64,000 nucleotides of DNA. Source: Bilabrum cf. latius (Eukaryota). Positions 11,186 to 23,346 of this stretch are shown here, one piece after another (position 1 is the first letter of the stretch; each line of letters starts with the position of its first letter). Below the pieces are notes generated by a model. That model made no database searches and was not told the DNA's origin. It saw only the letters and a list, made by a program, of their open reading frames with translations. The position numbers and the translations under genes are program-made. The stretch spans positions 310,001-374,000 of the forward strand of contig OZ237764.1 in assembly GCA_965178125.1 (NCBI GenBank), written 5' to 3'.

Positions 11186-13108
11186 ATGTCCGATAAACCT
11201 AATCCGACCCGCCAATCGGGGACTGGTGCCGACCAGCCACGCCCTCCGTTGGCAGCTGGAGCACCGCCAGCACGTCCAGCCACCGAGCAACATATGGCGG
11301 CAGCACAGCTAGCTCAAATGGCCAGCCTCCGTTAGCAAGAATATGTAGCATAGCCTGGGTATTAGCAATGGTTGTTGCAGCAGCAAATGATGCTTGGAGC
11401 CCAAGCTGGCATGCCAGGATACTAGCAGTATTCAGACGGCACGCTATTTCAGCTCCCTGTGTCTGCTCCGCATTATCACGGCATTCATGTCCACCCAAGT
11501 GCAGGATATGTACTATCTGGGGCCCAAGGGATGTACCCACCGAGTGCTAGCGGTATGCAGTACGAGTATGGGTCGCAGGGCGCAGCGCAGTATGTGGGTG
11601 GCTAGGGGCGTGGGAACCAAGGTCGGCCGTTGGCAGTAGGGAGTCACAGGCAAAGGGAACCCGATGTTAATACACTCCACGCTAGGGAATAGCGGCCTAA
11701 GACCAGCACCGTTTCCGATGGAAGGGGGAAAGGGGAGTCAGCGGCGGTGCCCGGAGATGCGCGGCTTCATGAAATACCATCAACTGCTGCCGCTGCTGCT
11801 GCCGTGTCTAGTGTTTGGGCCTCACAGAGCTAGGCCCCAGTGAAACTTATTATTTCGAGCAAGGCGGTACAGCTCGCGAGGGAACACAGCCAGGGGCAGG
11901 GCGCCAGAACAATTCCAGCAGGACAAGCGGTCCGGGTGTCTGCAGGTAATTCTGATGCCGGATCACGACAGGGAGCCAAAACGACGATGGAAGCGAATTC
12001 GTTTGCTCCCAAGCGGGCACCAGTGCCTAACAGTGTACCCCTGGCGTCAGGCAAACGTACCCAACAAGCCTAGGCACATGGCAAAGCATCAATATCGGGC
12101 AGCGTATCGTCGGCCGGAGCTGGCGCCAGCGCGAAAGCGCCCGTGGTTCGTGCTGCCAGCAGCAGCGATAAATTACCGAGTCTCACAGACTCCAAACGCA
12201 GCTCGCGGGCGAGGGCAGGCGTGCAGCCCGCAGCTGCCACGACAAAGTCCTCGAGCGCCGCGGGGGCCGCCGGCCGCCGCTCGTCCCGGTCCTCCCGTTC
12301 CTCTGCACAGGGCTCGAGCGCGGGAGACGAGGCCTCGCAGGAGGGCAGCATGGGTCCCGCTATCAGCCTGAGCAGCCTGCCTCTACCAGACGGTGTGACG
12401 AGTGAAGTGCTCCTCCCCGACGATCCAGACGGCCACCTGTCCCGCTGCTTCCTATCGCGGCAATCCAACAAGAGCAACCTGAAGCGCATCGTCAAGGTAG
12501 GCTACACGTTCCAGGTGTTCGATGACCCGCCAGACGCGGGGGAGCACCCCGGGTACTCGGGCGCTTCTGCCCCCTTCAAGCCCATGGGAGTCAGAGAGGT
12601 GTACGAGCGTGTGGAGCGGCGGGCGGCCCGCATGTCCAAGCAGGAGATCGAAGAGTATGAGCCGGTGGATGATGACCTCGCGACCGTGGCGGACGTATTC
12701 CGCGCGCTCAACAGCATCTGGGTGGCTCGAGTGCGGTACCACGGGCCCGGGACTCAGGTCGCCGAGCTGGCGCTGCAGGCAGCGAGGGAGAGCCTGGCCA
12801 AGTACACGGAGTGGGAGCACTCCTTCCTGGCGTGCGACGAGGAGGACAAAGAATACTGCGTGGTGTGTGGGAGCGGGTCCTCTCGAGGGAACAACGAGAT
12901 CGTGTTCTGCCCCAAGTGCGGGTGTGGGCGGCACCAGCGGTGCGGGGGACCGTCCACAGTGCAGACTGAGTGGTTCTGCAAGGGCTGTGCCGGTGAGGTG
13001 GCGAGGCTGAGACGGGAGGGCGAGCCAATCCAGTGGAGGAGGCCGTTTGAGGTGCACATGGTGCCTGTGGACAGTACAATGTAGGGGGCGAGCGCTTCAT
13101 CCAGCAGT

Positions 13109-13139
<31 letters not shown>

Positions 13140-16100
13140 CTGGTGGTGGTGGCGCCCTGCCTACCGGTGCAGGACAGTCGGCCATGCAGGACGATGACGA
13201 TGACTCGGGAGAGAATCTCGAGGACGATTCGATCGGATTGGACGGAGTGTACGGGTAGCTGGCGCAGCGGGCCACCACCGTTAGCTCCATCGGTGACAAG
13301 GGCAGCGGAGCGTTCGGCGGATCTGACTCTGACTCAGACACGCAAGCCACAGGAGGAGCCAAGGCATCGGCAGCGAAAACCGGCTCAGCCAGTGCAGCGG
13401 CAGCACCAGCCCAATCCAGAGCGCCGGCACCCGCAGTCCGTTGCATCAATGGCATTTATGGCCATCAGGGGCCGCAGGGACAGCAGTGGCTGGATCCGCT
13501 CAGCGGGATTTGGTACCAGCGGAAGAACGATCTGTTCAACGTGCTCCGCAAGCTGCGGGACGAGGACCCCAGCAGTCGCGGCGCGGAGGCCATGAAGCTG
13601 ATGCGCAAGGTAGAGAAGTCTCAGCTGGAGAAGCATGGGACCATCGCGTTCTGTCTCAAGAAATCCACCATCTAGGCGTGGCCGGGACTCTCCAAGATCC
13701 TGCTGCATCCCAACCCTCCCATGGAAGCCGTGGGGGCGCCGTACTAGCACCAGAAGCAGCAGCCAGCTGTTGGAGCACTTTCTGGGGGTCTAAGCAGGTC
13801 CGCTTCATCGTCGTCGTCCTCCTCACGGTCGCGCAAGTCCGCCGAATCGATCGGCGGCGGCAATCACGTGGGCAAGCTATCTCGCGGCTTGGGGAAGGAG
13901 GAGCTCGAGGTGCGCAAGAGAGACCTGCTGACTCTGTTCTCGCTCAGTGCCGACGAGCTCGCCAGCAGGGTGTCCTGCCCGGTCGTCAGGATCTATGGGT
14001 CGGTTGACCACCAGATCAACTACAAGCCGAGCGACACGGGCGGACCAGGAGGGCCCAAGTACGGCCTGCCGCCCGGGCACCCGATCGCTCCGGATGTTTC
14101 CTCGGGCTTGCACGGCGACAGAGCCGCTCTTCTGGCCAAGTACCTTGCGGATGAGGTCAGTCGGCAGGACAAGGAGGGCATGCCTCTCTTCCCGGCGGGC
14201 CATTGGAGGACGGAGGGTCGCAATCCGTTCTCCATGCAGGAGGACTGGGCGCTTTTGGTCGCCACGGCAGAGGGCATGAGCCAGCAGCTCGAAGCTGTGG
14301 ATGACCTCGCGTGGGGCCTCGAGACGGTCGTGCCCCCCGCCCCGCTCGTGTACGTTGAGCTGCGCGGCATGTCCATCTCGCCTCTCCTCAAGGCCAGGAT
14401 GGCCAACTCGGGCGCGTCCCACTGCGTCAGAGACCGACTCAAGAAGATCCGGTCGCACCTGAGAAAGAACAGCCTGGATCTGGACACGTGCGATCCGGAG
14501 CGAACCATGGCCATCCTGTACGGGAAGGCGTGGAACCAGTACGCAAGCATGCTGAGGCAAATCGGTCACCTGCCGCGGGCGTGGCCGCGACCTCACGACA
14601 GCCTCGCACAGAAGCGAGCCCTCTTTGCCGTGGAAAAGGATGCCGAAAGGGCAGCGCAGCGGTCCAGCCAATCGGGTGGTGCCAGCGGGGGACAGAAATC
14701 TGGCGCAGCCGGTGCAGCGCAGAAGCGCAGCTCCTCATCGTCTTCCTCCTCTTCTAGGCAAGCAGTCAGTGCGGAGCAGCAGCAGCTCGCCATCGACCGG
14801 GAGCTGGTCCGGCAGGGCCGCGCCCACAATATGCTCAAGAGCACGGCGCCATGGGCCCCGCCGGACGATGTCTCGCTTGCAGCCCGCTTGGAGGCCAAGT
14901 ACAAGGTTCATGACAAGGCCAGGGGCAGAGAAATGGAGCACGGAGGCGACGGAGCTGAGGTCGTGGGTCCTGACGAGGCGCCCAACGGCACACTGGGCGG
15001 GCACGACCCGGAGAGCGGAGCCAGGACGCAAGCGAGCGGGGGCGCGGCATCCGAGCCGGAGGACAACTACGGTCCAAGGGCCGCTGCGCGCGCCATGCTG
15101 GCGGTCGTGGGCGAGGACCTGGCGGGGCATCCCGTGGCTGAGCGGCTTGCGCCGTGCAAGGACGTCGGGCTGGTAAGGCGTATGATCTAGTCTGCGCAGC
15201 ACGCGCCCGAGGTGGGCATCTTCGGGCAGGCCGCATATGGCAGGATGAAGCAGGAGTGGGCCTGTAGAGTGCGCGAGGCTCGGGTGCTGCAAGGGCACTC
15301 GGGCTCGTGCGCAAGGGCAGTCCACGTGCCTGCTGCCAGGACATGGGGCGTGCTGGATCGGGTTCGCACTCAGCTCGGGATCGTTGGAGAGAATAAGGGT
15401 AAGGGCAAGGGGAAAAGCAAGGCGAAGGCAGGAAGCTCGTCACCGAGCAGTGACCAGTCTCAGCCAGATGCTGAACAGAGTCCGCATGCAGTTGCGGAGG
15501 CCGCGCGAGTGGCCATGTTCCGCCGGATCGGAATGCTCGGTGCCTACATCATCGAGACGGGGGCGGCGGTTGACCTTCTGCGCAGCACGGTGACGATGCC
15601 ACGGGCCACGGCGACCGCCGAGGAGCGGAGGAAACCTCCGTCTGAGCAAGCGGCGTCTGCGTTCCGCCGGCTGGCAGAGGATGCAGATGAGTTGGACTCT
15701 GCGCCACTCGCTGGCGCTGCTGCGGCCGCAGCTCGGCGGCGTGCCATGCATCAGGCATGGGGCAGGGCGCGGCCTGCTGCATCCCACAGCGAGATTGGAA
15801 GCAAGCGACCGCGGCCGGATGGATAGGAAGCTGGGACGCTTTCCGGGCTTGGCGCGTTTGCGGCGGCATTCGCCGACTCTGTCGCGCTGCCCGGTCGCGC
15901 CCTCGACCAAGAGAAGGTGGTGGCAGCGCGGTGCGCCATCCCTCTGCCACCCGCGGCCATGGAACTCGCCCTCGCAGCCATCGCAGAGCAGAGGAAGAGA
16001 ATTAGGGAGCAAAACGAAGCCGCTGCTACGAGCAGCAGCAGCAGTAGTGCTAGCAGCAGCAGCAGCAGTAGTAGTAGTGCCAGCAGCGCTAGCGCCGGCA

Positions 16101-16930
16101 CTGATGTGGCGCATGCATCGACCGGCCAAGGAAGGTCGTCGGGTACAGCCCCAGGCGGTGGCGAGCCGGACTCCAAGCGTCGTAGGGTAGACGGAGAGGC
16201 GACGGGGCAAGCTACTGCCCGCGCAGGTGGTACATCCAGCGATCGGACCGAGGCCGGTTTCACGGACGAGTCGTTCAGCCCGACCGAGATGCAGCGGCAA
16301 GAGGCGCAGAAGCTGGCGCTGACTCTACTGCAGCACCACGAGCAGGACTGGAAGAACTGGCAACGGGCCCAGGAGGCCATTGCAAAGGAAGGAGATGGGA
16401 CCATCGTTACGCTTGGTGAGATCAAGCTCGGCGTGGCGGTCGGGCGGATCATGTAGGCCACCCACCTGACCATGCGGCAGAAGCTGAGCAGGCTGCAGCG
16501 ACTCAACGAGGCGATCGTGGCGCAAACTGAAGTGCCGCATTCTGTGGCTCCCCCAAGGCCAGAGGCCATCTCCGCGCAGCTCCTTGCTGACCTAAAGAGC
16601 GCTGCCAACGTTCCTGTGGACAGTCCCAGCGGCCCGGGCGGCGAGGCTGCTGGATCAGCTCCTCACGGAAGCAACAAGAGAGGTGGGATCGGATAGACTA
16701 GCAGCGACAGCTCAGCCTCTGGAGCGGACGAATCCAGCCACGTCGATGTTGGCGAGCACGGTGGAGCGGGCAGCCCCTCGGCCCCATCTTCATCTTCGGC
16801 TGGGGGCGCGGGGAGCGAGGCTGTGAGCAGTAGCGGTGAGGGTGAGGGTAACAACGGCGGTGTTGAGGGTAACAGCGGCGGCCCCGGTGGAGCCTCTGGA
16901 CAACAGCCAATGGGGGATGTTGCTAATTGA
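11186..16930 (+). CDS. Large PHD-finger protein (~1,914 aa)
   Basis: PHD finger YCVVCGSG...EIVFCPKCGCGRHQRCGGP...EWFCKGC (~12855-12990). A single frame from ATG 11186 to TGA 16928-16930 is broken only by ~16 TAGs (e.g. 11831, 12071, 13082, 15188, 15824, 16454, 16694). Q/P/Y-rich N-terminus and poly-Ser tracts. Confidence 0.8.
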
Positions 16931-17006
16931 TCAGATTAAGTAACGCGATTTTCCCCTGTAATTATGGTGATCGATGAAGCGGCGCTGCATCTGGCTGCAT
17001 TATGCT

Positions 17007-17789
17007 TCACAGGCCCATCCCATCGTCACTAGTTTGGGCTTCCTGGGCTTTGTTGGTCGACTTCGGCGGCATACTTGTCTCTACTGTACTCCGGCTTTTT
17101 GCAGCATCGATCGAGGCAAGGCCGGCCTCACAGCCTGCGAGCGTTGCCTTGCTCGCCCCGTCCTCCGTAGCAACTCCCTGAAAGCACACCCAGGCCGCGT
17201 TCTCGTGCATAGGGCGCCCAGTGACGGGACACTTATGCTTCAACTGCGGGTTTGCATGTTTGTTAAGCTTAGCTGGCCAGACTATCTTGATGTTCAAAGG
17301 CTCGCTGCCATCCTTGCAAGATGCAGCGATACTCTGAATGTGGTCCTCGTCATCTTCAGCTTCTTCCAACGTGTACGAGGTGACCAAGCACGGCACATGG
17401 GTCCTTATCATTGCTTTGATCCCAGGCTGCCACGCAGGATATCCCCAAACACCAGCGTTGAAGGCTACGATCACGTCGGGCAGCCTACCTTCCGCCTCCA
17501 TGCGTTCGATGGCATCTTCAGCCGTACACATCGCATACTCTCCCGCACTGGGGCATGTAGACTCTATACTACGACCAGTTAATGAGATAATTGGCTTCGA
17601 TGGAGATTCAGAATACGAGCTGTTGTAATCAACAAGCCCTTTGAACAGTTGCTCTTTGGCATCCCATTCAGCGCTTTCGGCACCGACAACTAGCACCTCA
17701 TTGACTGGTTTCGAGCACGCATCATGAAGAAACGCATATAGTGTATCTCTCCAATGCCTCATTGAGTCGCATACACCGGCAGCGGCCAT
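17007..17789 (-). CDS. MSS51/ZMYND15 C-terminal-domain-like protein (~260 aa)
   Basis: Motifs VLVVGAE and PDVIVAFNAGVWGYPAWQP...VPCLVTSYTLEEAEDD. No internal TAG. Ends TGA. Confidence 0.7.
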   Translation of the reverse strand: MAAAGVCDSMRHWRDTLYAFLHDACSKPVNEVLVVGAESAEWDAKEQLFKGLVDYNSSYSESPSKPIISLTGRSIESTCPSAGEYAMCTAEDAIERMEAEGRLPDVIVAFNAGVWGYPAWQPGIKAMIRTHVPCLVTSYTLEEAEDDEDHIQSIAASCKDGSEPLNIKIVWPAKLNKHANPQLKHKCPVTGRPMHENAAWVCFQGVATEDGASKATLAGCEAGLASIDAAKSRSTVETSMPPKSTNKAQEAQTSDDGMGL

Positions 17790-18020
17790 GTTCTGCTGAT
17801 TGGAAGCCAATCTCCGTACTCTGATATAATGCATCCGGAGTCGCAATAACAATATAACGCGTTACTTCGTTTGCAAGCCGGCTCTAGCAAAAAACATTGA
17901 GCGCCCTTCAGGGCGGCTCGAAGATGTCTGGCTGCACCGCCAATGACTTGATCATGGATGCAGAGTGAGTTGGTATGTATGAGGTTGCGTATTTACACAA
18001 ATGACTCAACGAGAACTGTC

Positions 18021-21000
18021 ATGTCCTCCTCTTTAGGTTTACTGCGCAGTGTTGCTACCGATGGGGGAGTGCTGCATGTGCTAGCACTAGATGCACTCGT
18101 AGCTGCTGTTGTGTTATGCGTGTTTGCTATGTTGGCATGCTGCTGCTCGGATCGATTCGTCACGTGGAAGGATGTGCTCTCGACAGACGGCGACAGGATC
18201 GATGACATTGATGAAGAGGACATGATTGTCGCTACGATTCGGAGGTTTCCGAACAGCTGGGATACGCAAATTGAAAAGAATTCGGACGTAGGCAGTGCCA
18301 CTGGGGTGTCCCGACGGGGGTCTCCACAGCGAACTCTGGGCTCCCCTGGCGGCGCATCAGGCCCGGGCATAGCGCACACCTCGGTGGCTGGCAGCTCCAA
18401 GAGCGGTCGAAGTCAGCAAAGCAGCCAGGACATTCGAATATCAGACGACCCGTTCGCGCTAGCAGTCGCAAAAACAGAAGGCTGCGGAGGAGGCCGGCCG
18501 ATCTATGCTGAGCTAGAGCCGCCCGCCCTGCTCCCCCCGCCATTCGCACCAATCGGGTGCATGGAAACGCCTCTGGCGGAAGGAATGCCCCCAAATACAT
18601 CTGCCCGCATGGTAGTTGCCCCAAAACCTAGCTGGCTCGCGTGCTTTGAGCCCACGTGCGAGATGGCAGTGGCGGATCTCGGCGACGACGACGTGCCAGA
18701 GCACGGCCAGCCCTCCAAGCCCAGCAAGAAAGAGAACAAGAAATTCTGCGGGTGCAGCGAGCGATCATGCTGCGGACTGTGCGGGGTGCTGCGTCAGCTG
18801 GAACAGCTGGGTGATGGAGAGCACCCGGTGGAGCAGCTCAGGGCAGTCCGCACCAGGTCGTCCGTGGCCGTGCAAGGCTGCTTCTCGGCCTGCCATGCAG
18901 TGTGCTGCGTGAATCCAAGGCAGCATGCAACCGCTGGTAGGTTGCCACAGGACGCTTATTTGTATCTCAAGTTTTAGTCCGATGTGCTGTGGGCGGTGGC
19001 AGTGGCAGCGATTGTGGTGCTCGTGCTGATGCCAGTGCATGCAGCCGTCAGACAGGTGGACGCCGATGTGGTGCGAGGAGGAGCGGGGGGTCAATCGCAG
19101 GCACAGGAAGGGCCGAGCGTCGCTCGATTTGTTGCTGGAAATAGTGGCTGGGAAGATGGTGCGGTGATGCAGCACGCGAGTGTTGCAAAGGGTGACATGG
19201 ACCTGTTGGCTGCGCCCTTGGGCCACCAGCGTGGATCTAGAGAGGGCATTTCGAGCGGGTGGGAGGCGAGCGCAGACCAGTCCTTGTGGGAGGGCGTGCT
19301 CATGCGTGACGGGAGATCGGGCGCACTGTTGTAGAGCCAGGGAAGGGAAGGTCTCACGGGTCGCAGCAGTGCGGCTCGCACGGCGAGGGCAGGGGTTAGG
19401 CAGTCGCGGCATAGGGCACGAAACGCAGCCGCAGGGCAGGGCGGTGCTGGGGTACAGTCGATGCAGCATAGAGCATCATATGCAGCCGCTGCGGCACCAC
19501 GACCATCGAAGAACGATACAAAGGCCAGCAAAGGCAAGTCTGGCAGTTTCAATGTGAAGAGCCTGGCCAGCGCAGTGAAAGAGATGGCGAAGGACCCGGC
19601 CCAGGTAGTGCTTGCTTCCAGTCCTATTCGTAAGGCTTTGACTCTCTTTTCGTTCCAGGCCTACACCGCCACTGGGCTGCCTGCTGGTTCGAGGGTTATA
19701 TGGATGCACGTGGCGTGCGGCAGCATAATTGCTGGGGCGATGTGGTTTGCCGTGGCACGCTTGGCAGTGCGCTCTTTCGTGCACGGCAATCGCTGGACCG
19801 ACATGGAGCTGATCAAGAGCATGCAGGCCGACACCGCACGGACCTCGCTCCTGGTATCCAGGCTGGGCCCGATGCGACGGTGGGCGCCGGCCATGCGAGC
19901 CGGTGTGAATCGCGCGATCCGACAAGGATTCGCTGGGAGCCGGTCGTTCCAGCGGAGGATTTTTGCATCCTCTGGGGCAATGCGGCTAGGCTCAGTCCCG
20001 GTAGCCCACGCGGCTCGCAGCGCTGACCCGCGGGCGCTTCTGGATGCCGGGTTGGTTCTCGAGTCCCTCAAGACGCTTGAGCTAGAGCGTGCGCTGGAGT
20101 CGACACCCCGGTCGATGGCACTCGCCCTTGCTGCAGCTGTCGCAACAGAGGCGCAGGAAGCTCTGAGGCTGCTACAAAGGCAGGCTAGGCCTGCTGGTGG
20201 ACATGCCACGTCGCAACACACAAAAACTGCTGGTGGTAGCACGGGGGATGTGGAGAGCCACGGTATGCAATAGAGCCATGGAGAGGACCCAATCGACGAT
20301 GACAGCGCAGTCGCGCCCGTGCGTGCGGTGGTGTCGCTGTCTGTAGACGCTGGAACTGAGTGGACCAGTGCAGGTGTGGCAGGCAGTGCCGCGTCGCCGC
20401 AGAGTGCCAAGGCTGCTGCGGTGGGCCGAGCCGTTGCTTTACTCGACATGGGCGCTGCTGTGCGGCTGAGGCAGTGCCAGCGCGCCGCGAAAGATGCATC
20501 AAAGTTGCCTAGCTCGGAGTCAGAGACCGGCACGGGTGCCGTGCGCGAGCTGACTACGAGCTTAGAGTCGGCAACGCGGGCGGAGAGGTTTCACCGTGCG
20601 TACGTGACTGGGGGGCTGACCGGTCGCTCTCGTTGGCTCACGGCCTGCGACCGCGCGTGCGGCGGTGTGCCTGGGTCCAAGGACGCCGACATGACCCTGG
20701 CCTGGCGCATGGTGCGGTGCAGGTGCTTTGCTTCGTGCGCCATGCGCGGCACTGAGATTGAAGAAGGCGCTGGCAGGGCCTTTGCCCGAGTTAGGCGGGC
20801 GGTGGGACAGGCAGACCGCATCCTGGAGAGCCCCGCCGCCGTAGTGCCTCCCGCGGACCCCATCAGCGACGCTGCAAGCCTTGCCAGCTCCATTGTCGAC
20901 AGCGAAACACATGTGGCCGCTGTACCACCAGCTCTTCTAATGGCAGCTAGCGCGGCACGGCATCCGCTGATTCCGCCTGCGGACCGCCGCCGGTGGGACG

Positions 21001-23285
21001 TGGCCGCTGCTGTGTCGCTGGAAGCAACCTCCCCCAGACAAGCGTAGTTGCTTAGGCGTGCTCTCGTGGTTGCTTCCAGGCATCCCGCTCAGTTCCCTCT
21101 GATCGCTCGGATGAGCGCGGTATGGGACGACGGCTGTGTCCCGCTCCGTGACGCAGGCCCAATCCACGGGCAAGTGGTGGGCGCATTTGGTGTGCAGGCT
21201 GCGCCCGATCGCTGGGGCCCGCGCCCGCCTGCAATGCCTTGTGACGTGGATCCAGCGGCATGGCGACAGCTGGCCAGCGAGGCCCACGTGCTGCCAAGGC
21301 AGCTGGAGGCCCCCTTGAGCCGTTCACTCGAAACTCAAGGGCCCCATGCGCATGCGAATCCGGATGGACGCCGCGATGGCCGGCCTGCTGGAGCACCTAA
21401 CGCAAGCGGTGGCTCGCGCCAACAAGATTAGGCATCAACGGAGGTGCCGGTTGAGAGCGTCCGTCGCCCAGGCTGCTGCGCCTCGACGCTCGCATGCGTG
21501 ACGTGCGGTTGCTGCAGCGCAGCTGCACCCAGCACGTCCACTCGTGGGGTGGGAGGGGGGTGGCTCTCTTGCCTGCGCATCTACACCGGCACTGTGGCAG
21601 GCCACCTCGCCATGCTTCTGGGCTTGCTCGGCATTGTGTGCGTGGTGGCCGGGCTCTCAGCTCTGGGCCGGCTCGAGCACCACGGCGCGTGCCAGGAAGC
21701 TGTGTCTGCCGCAGTGCGCCGCGGGGCAGGCGCCGCTGTTGCCAACGCATGGGGGGCGCTGGTGCGAGCCCCGCTCCCGCTGCTCAACGCGTACCTGTTG
21801 GGCGTGCCATCTCTTTTGCTCGCGGTCCAGGTGTGGCTGCTGCTGCTCGCAGTGCAGGCAATGGCCAGGTCCTGCTGGTCTCCCGTCGTGTCTATCCCCC
21901 GCGCCGCCTCCAGGGCCATGTCGTGGTCGGCTGCCTACGCACTCTTCGCCGTGATCCTGCTGCCCGCCGTGGTGCATGCAGTGGCCGTGGCCCTGGGCGT
22001 TTGGGTGCTGTCGGACGATTTCGACAAGGCAAATTCTGGCAGTGATAGCAGCTCTCACGGGCGGCATCCATTCGTCCTTCCAGCGTCTGTGCTGCTGAGC
22101 GGGGCTGGCGGGGCCGTGTTCACGGCATTCCTGCTCCATCGTGGGCTACTTGGAGGCGCCTTGGAGCTGCTCCGCCCCTTCGAAGCTGTGTCTCGAGCGG
22201 TGCGCACGTGCTGCGCGAGCTCGCACGCCGATGTGGCCCAGTCACGGCGCAGGTCTATGCCGGACTGGCCATCTGCCCACGCCGAGGTGATAGCCCTGGC
22301 CGCAGCTGCCCTGCTGCCAGCTCTCGTGTGCCCTGCCGTGGCCATCGCAGGGGCTCTGGGCCTGTGGGCCAAGCACGCCACCGAGACGCATACGCTCCTG
22401 TATCAGTGCCGCGAGGAGGCAGCACGCAGGCTTGAGACGCAGGGCGACTGGGCCGTGGGTGACGGCAGGGCGAGGGCACGCCTGCCTATTGGTCCCGCGG
22501 GAAGGGGGGAGAGCTCCGGGGCATTGCAGGATCCGCTCCGAGTGTATCGCAGCCCTAGCGTGGGGATCCAGCTGACTGCAACCGCGTCCACATGGCTAGG
22601 GGCAGTCGCCGTCATGTTCCACCTGGTGCTCCTGGCCCTCGCCGCGTTCCACGGCAGGCTGTCCCAGGCTGCAGTGGCGGGCGGGTGCCTCGTGGTCGCT
22701 CTCGTGGCGAGTCTGGGGGCACGGGTGGGCGTGGTTGGGTCGCTGTGGGGCGGTGACGGAGGCGGTGTCGGTGCTGGGGACGTGGATGCTGGTGTAGTGG
22801 TACCTGGGGACGGATCTACTCCGGCTCTGGGCGAGGTGGGGACCGAGGGGTCCGACGGAGAGGAAAGCGGGCTGGGCGCGGGAATGGAAGGCGATTCAGA
22901 GGCAGAGGAAGCTGCATCGGCGGCTGAACGCTTCGGGGACCAGCCGGGAAAAGTTCGTGGGAGTGGGCTGAGCCTGCTCGGGGGCCTGGCGGCGTTCTTG
23001 CGCGGGGAACCGACCGAGCCCATGTTTGGCCCCGATGGATACGCAAGGAAGGGAGTGCCGTACGCCTCTGAACCAGAGAAGGTAGAAGCAGAAGCCGTTG
23101 CATAGGCTGGGGGTGTCGTTCCTCCGTCGCAGGCACAGCCCAGCTGGAGATCAATGCTCACCTTTGAGCAGGTGCTCCGTGGTCCGGAAAACGAGCTTCG
23201 GCAGCGAATACTCCGGCTGCAGGAAATGCAAAAGGCAGAACTTGCCTGGCTGAAGGATCGCGGCATCAAGGTGCAGCAAAAGTGA
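18021..23285 (+). CDS. TMEM63/OSCA (CSC1)-like mechanosensitive channel family protein, greatly expanded (~1,754 aa)
   Basis: N-terminal TM segment GGVLHVLALDALVAAVVLCVF. RSN1_TM-like QDAYLYLKF*SDVLWAVAVAAIVVLVLMPVH and GSRVIWMHV. Many hydrophobic helices at 21.6-22.75 kb. In frame across TAGs at 18975, 19332, 20271, 21045, 21429 and 23103 to TGA 23283-23285. Confidence 0.7.
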
Positions 23286-23346
23286 TCCTGGCGGCAGCTG
23301 CATGTCTGGTACGTGTGCTAATCTCGACAATACAGTTGGGTTGAAA

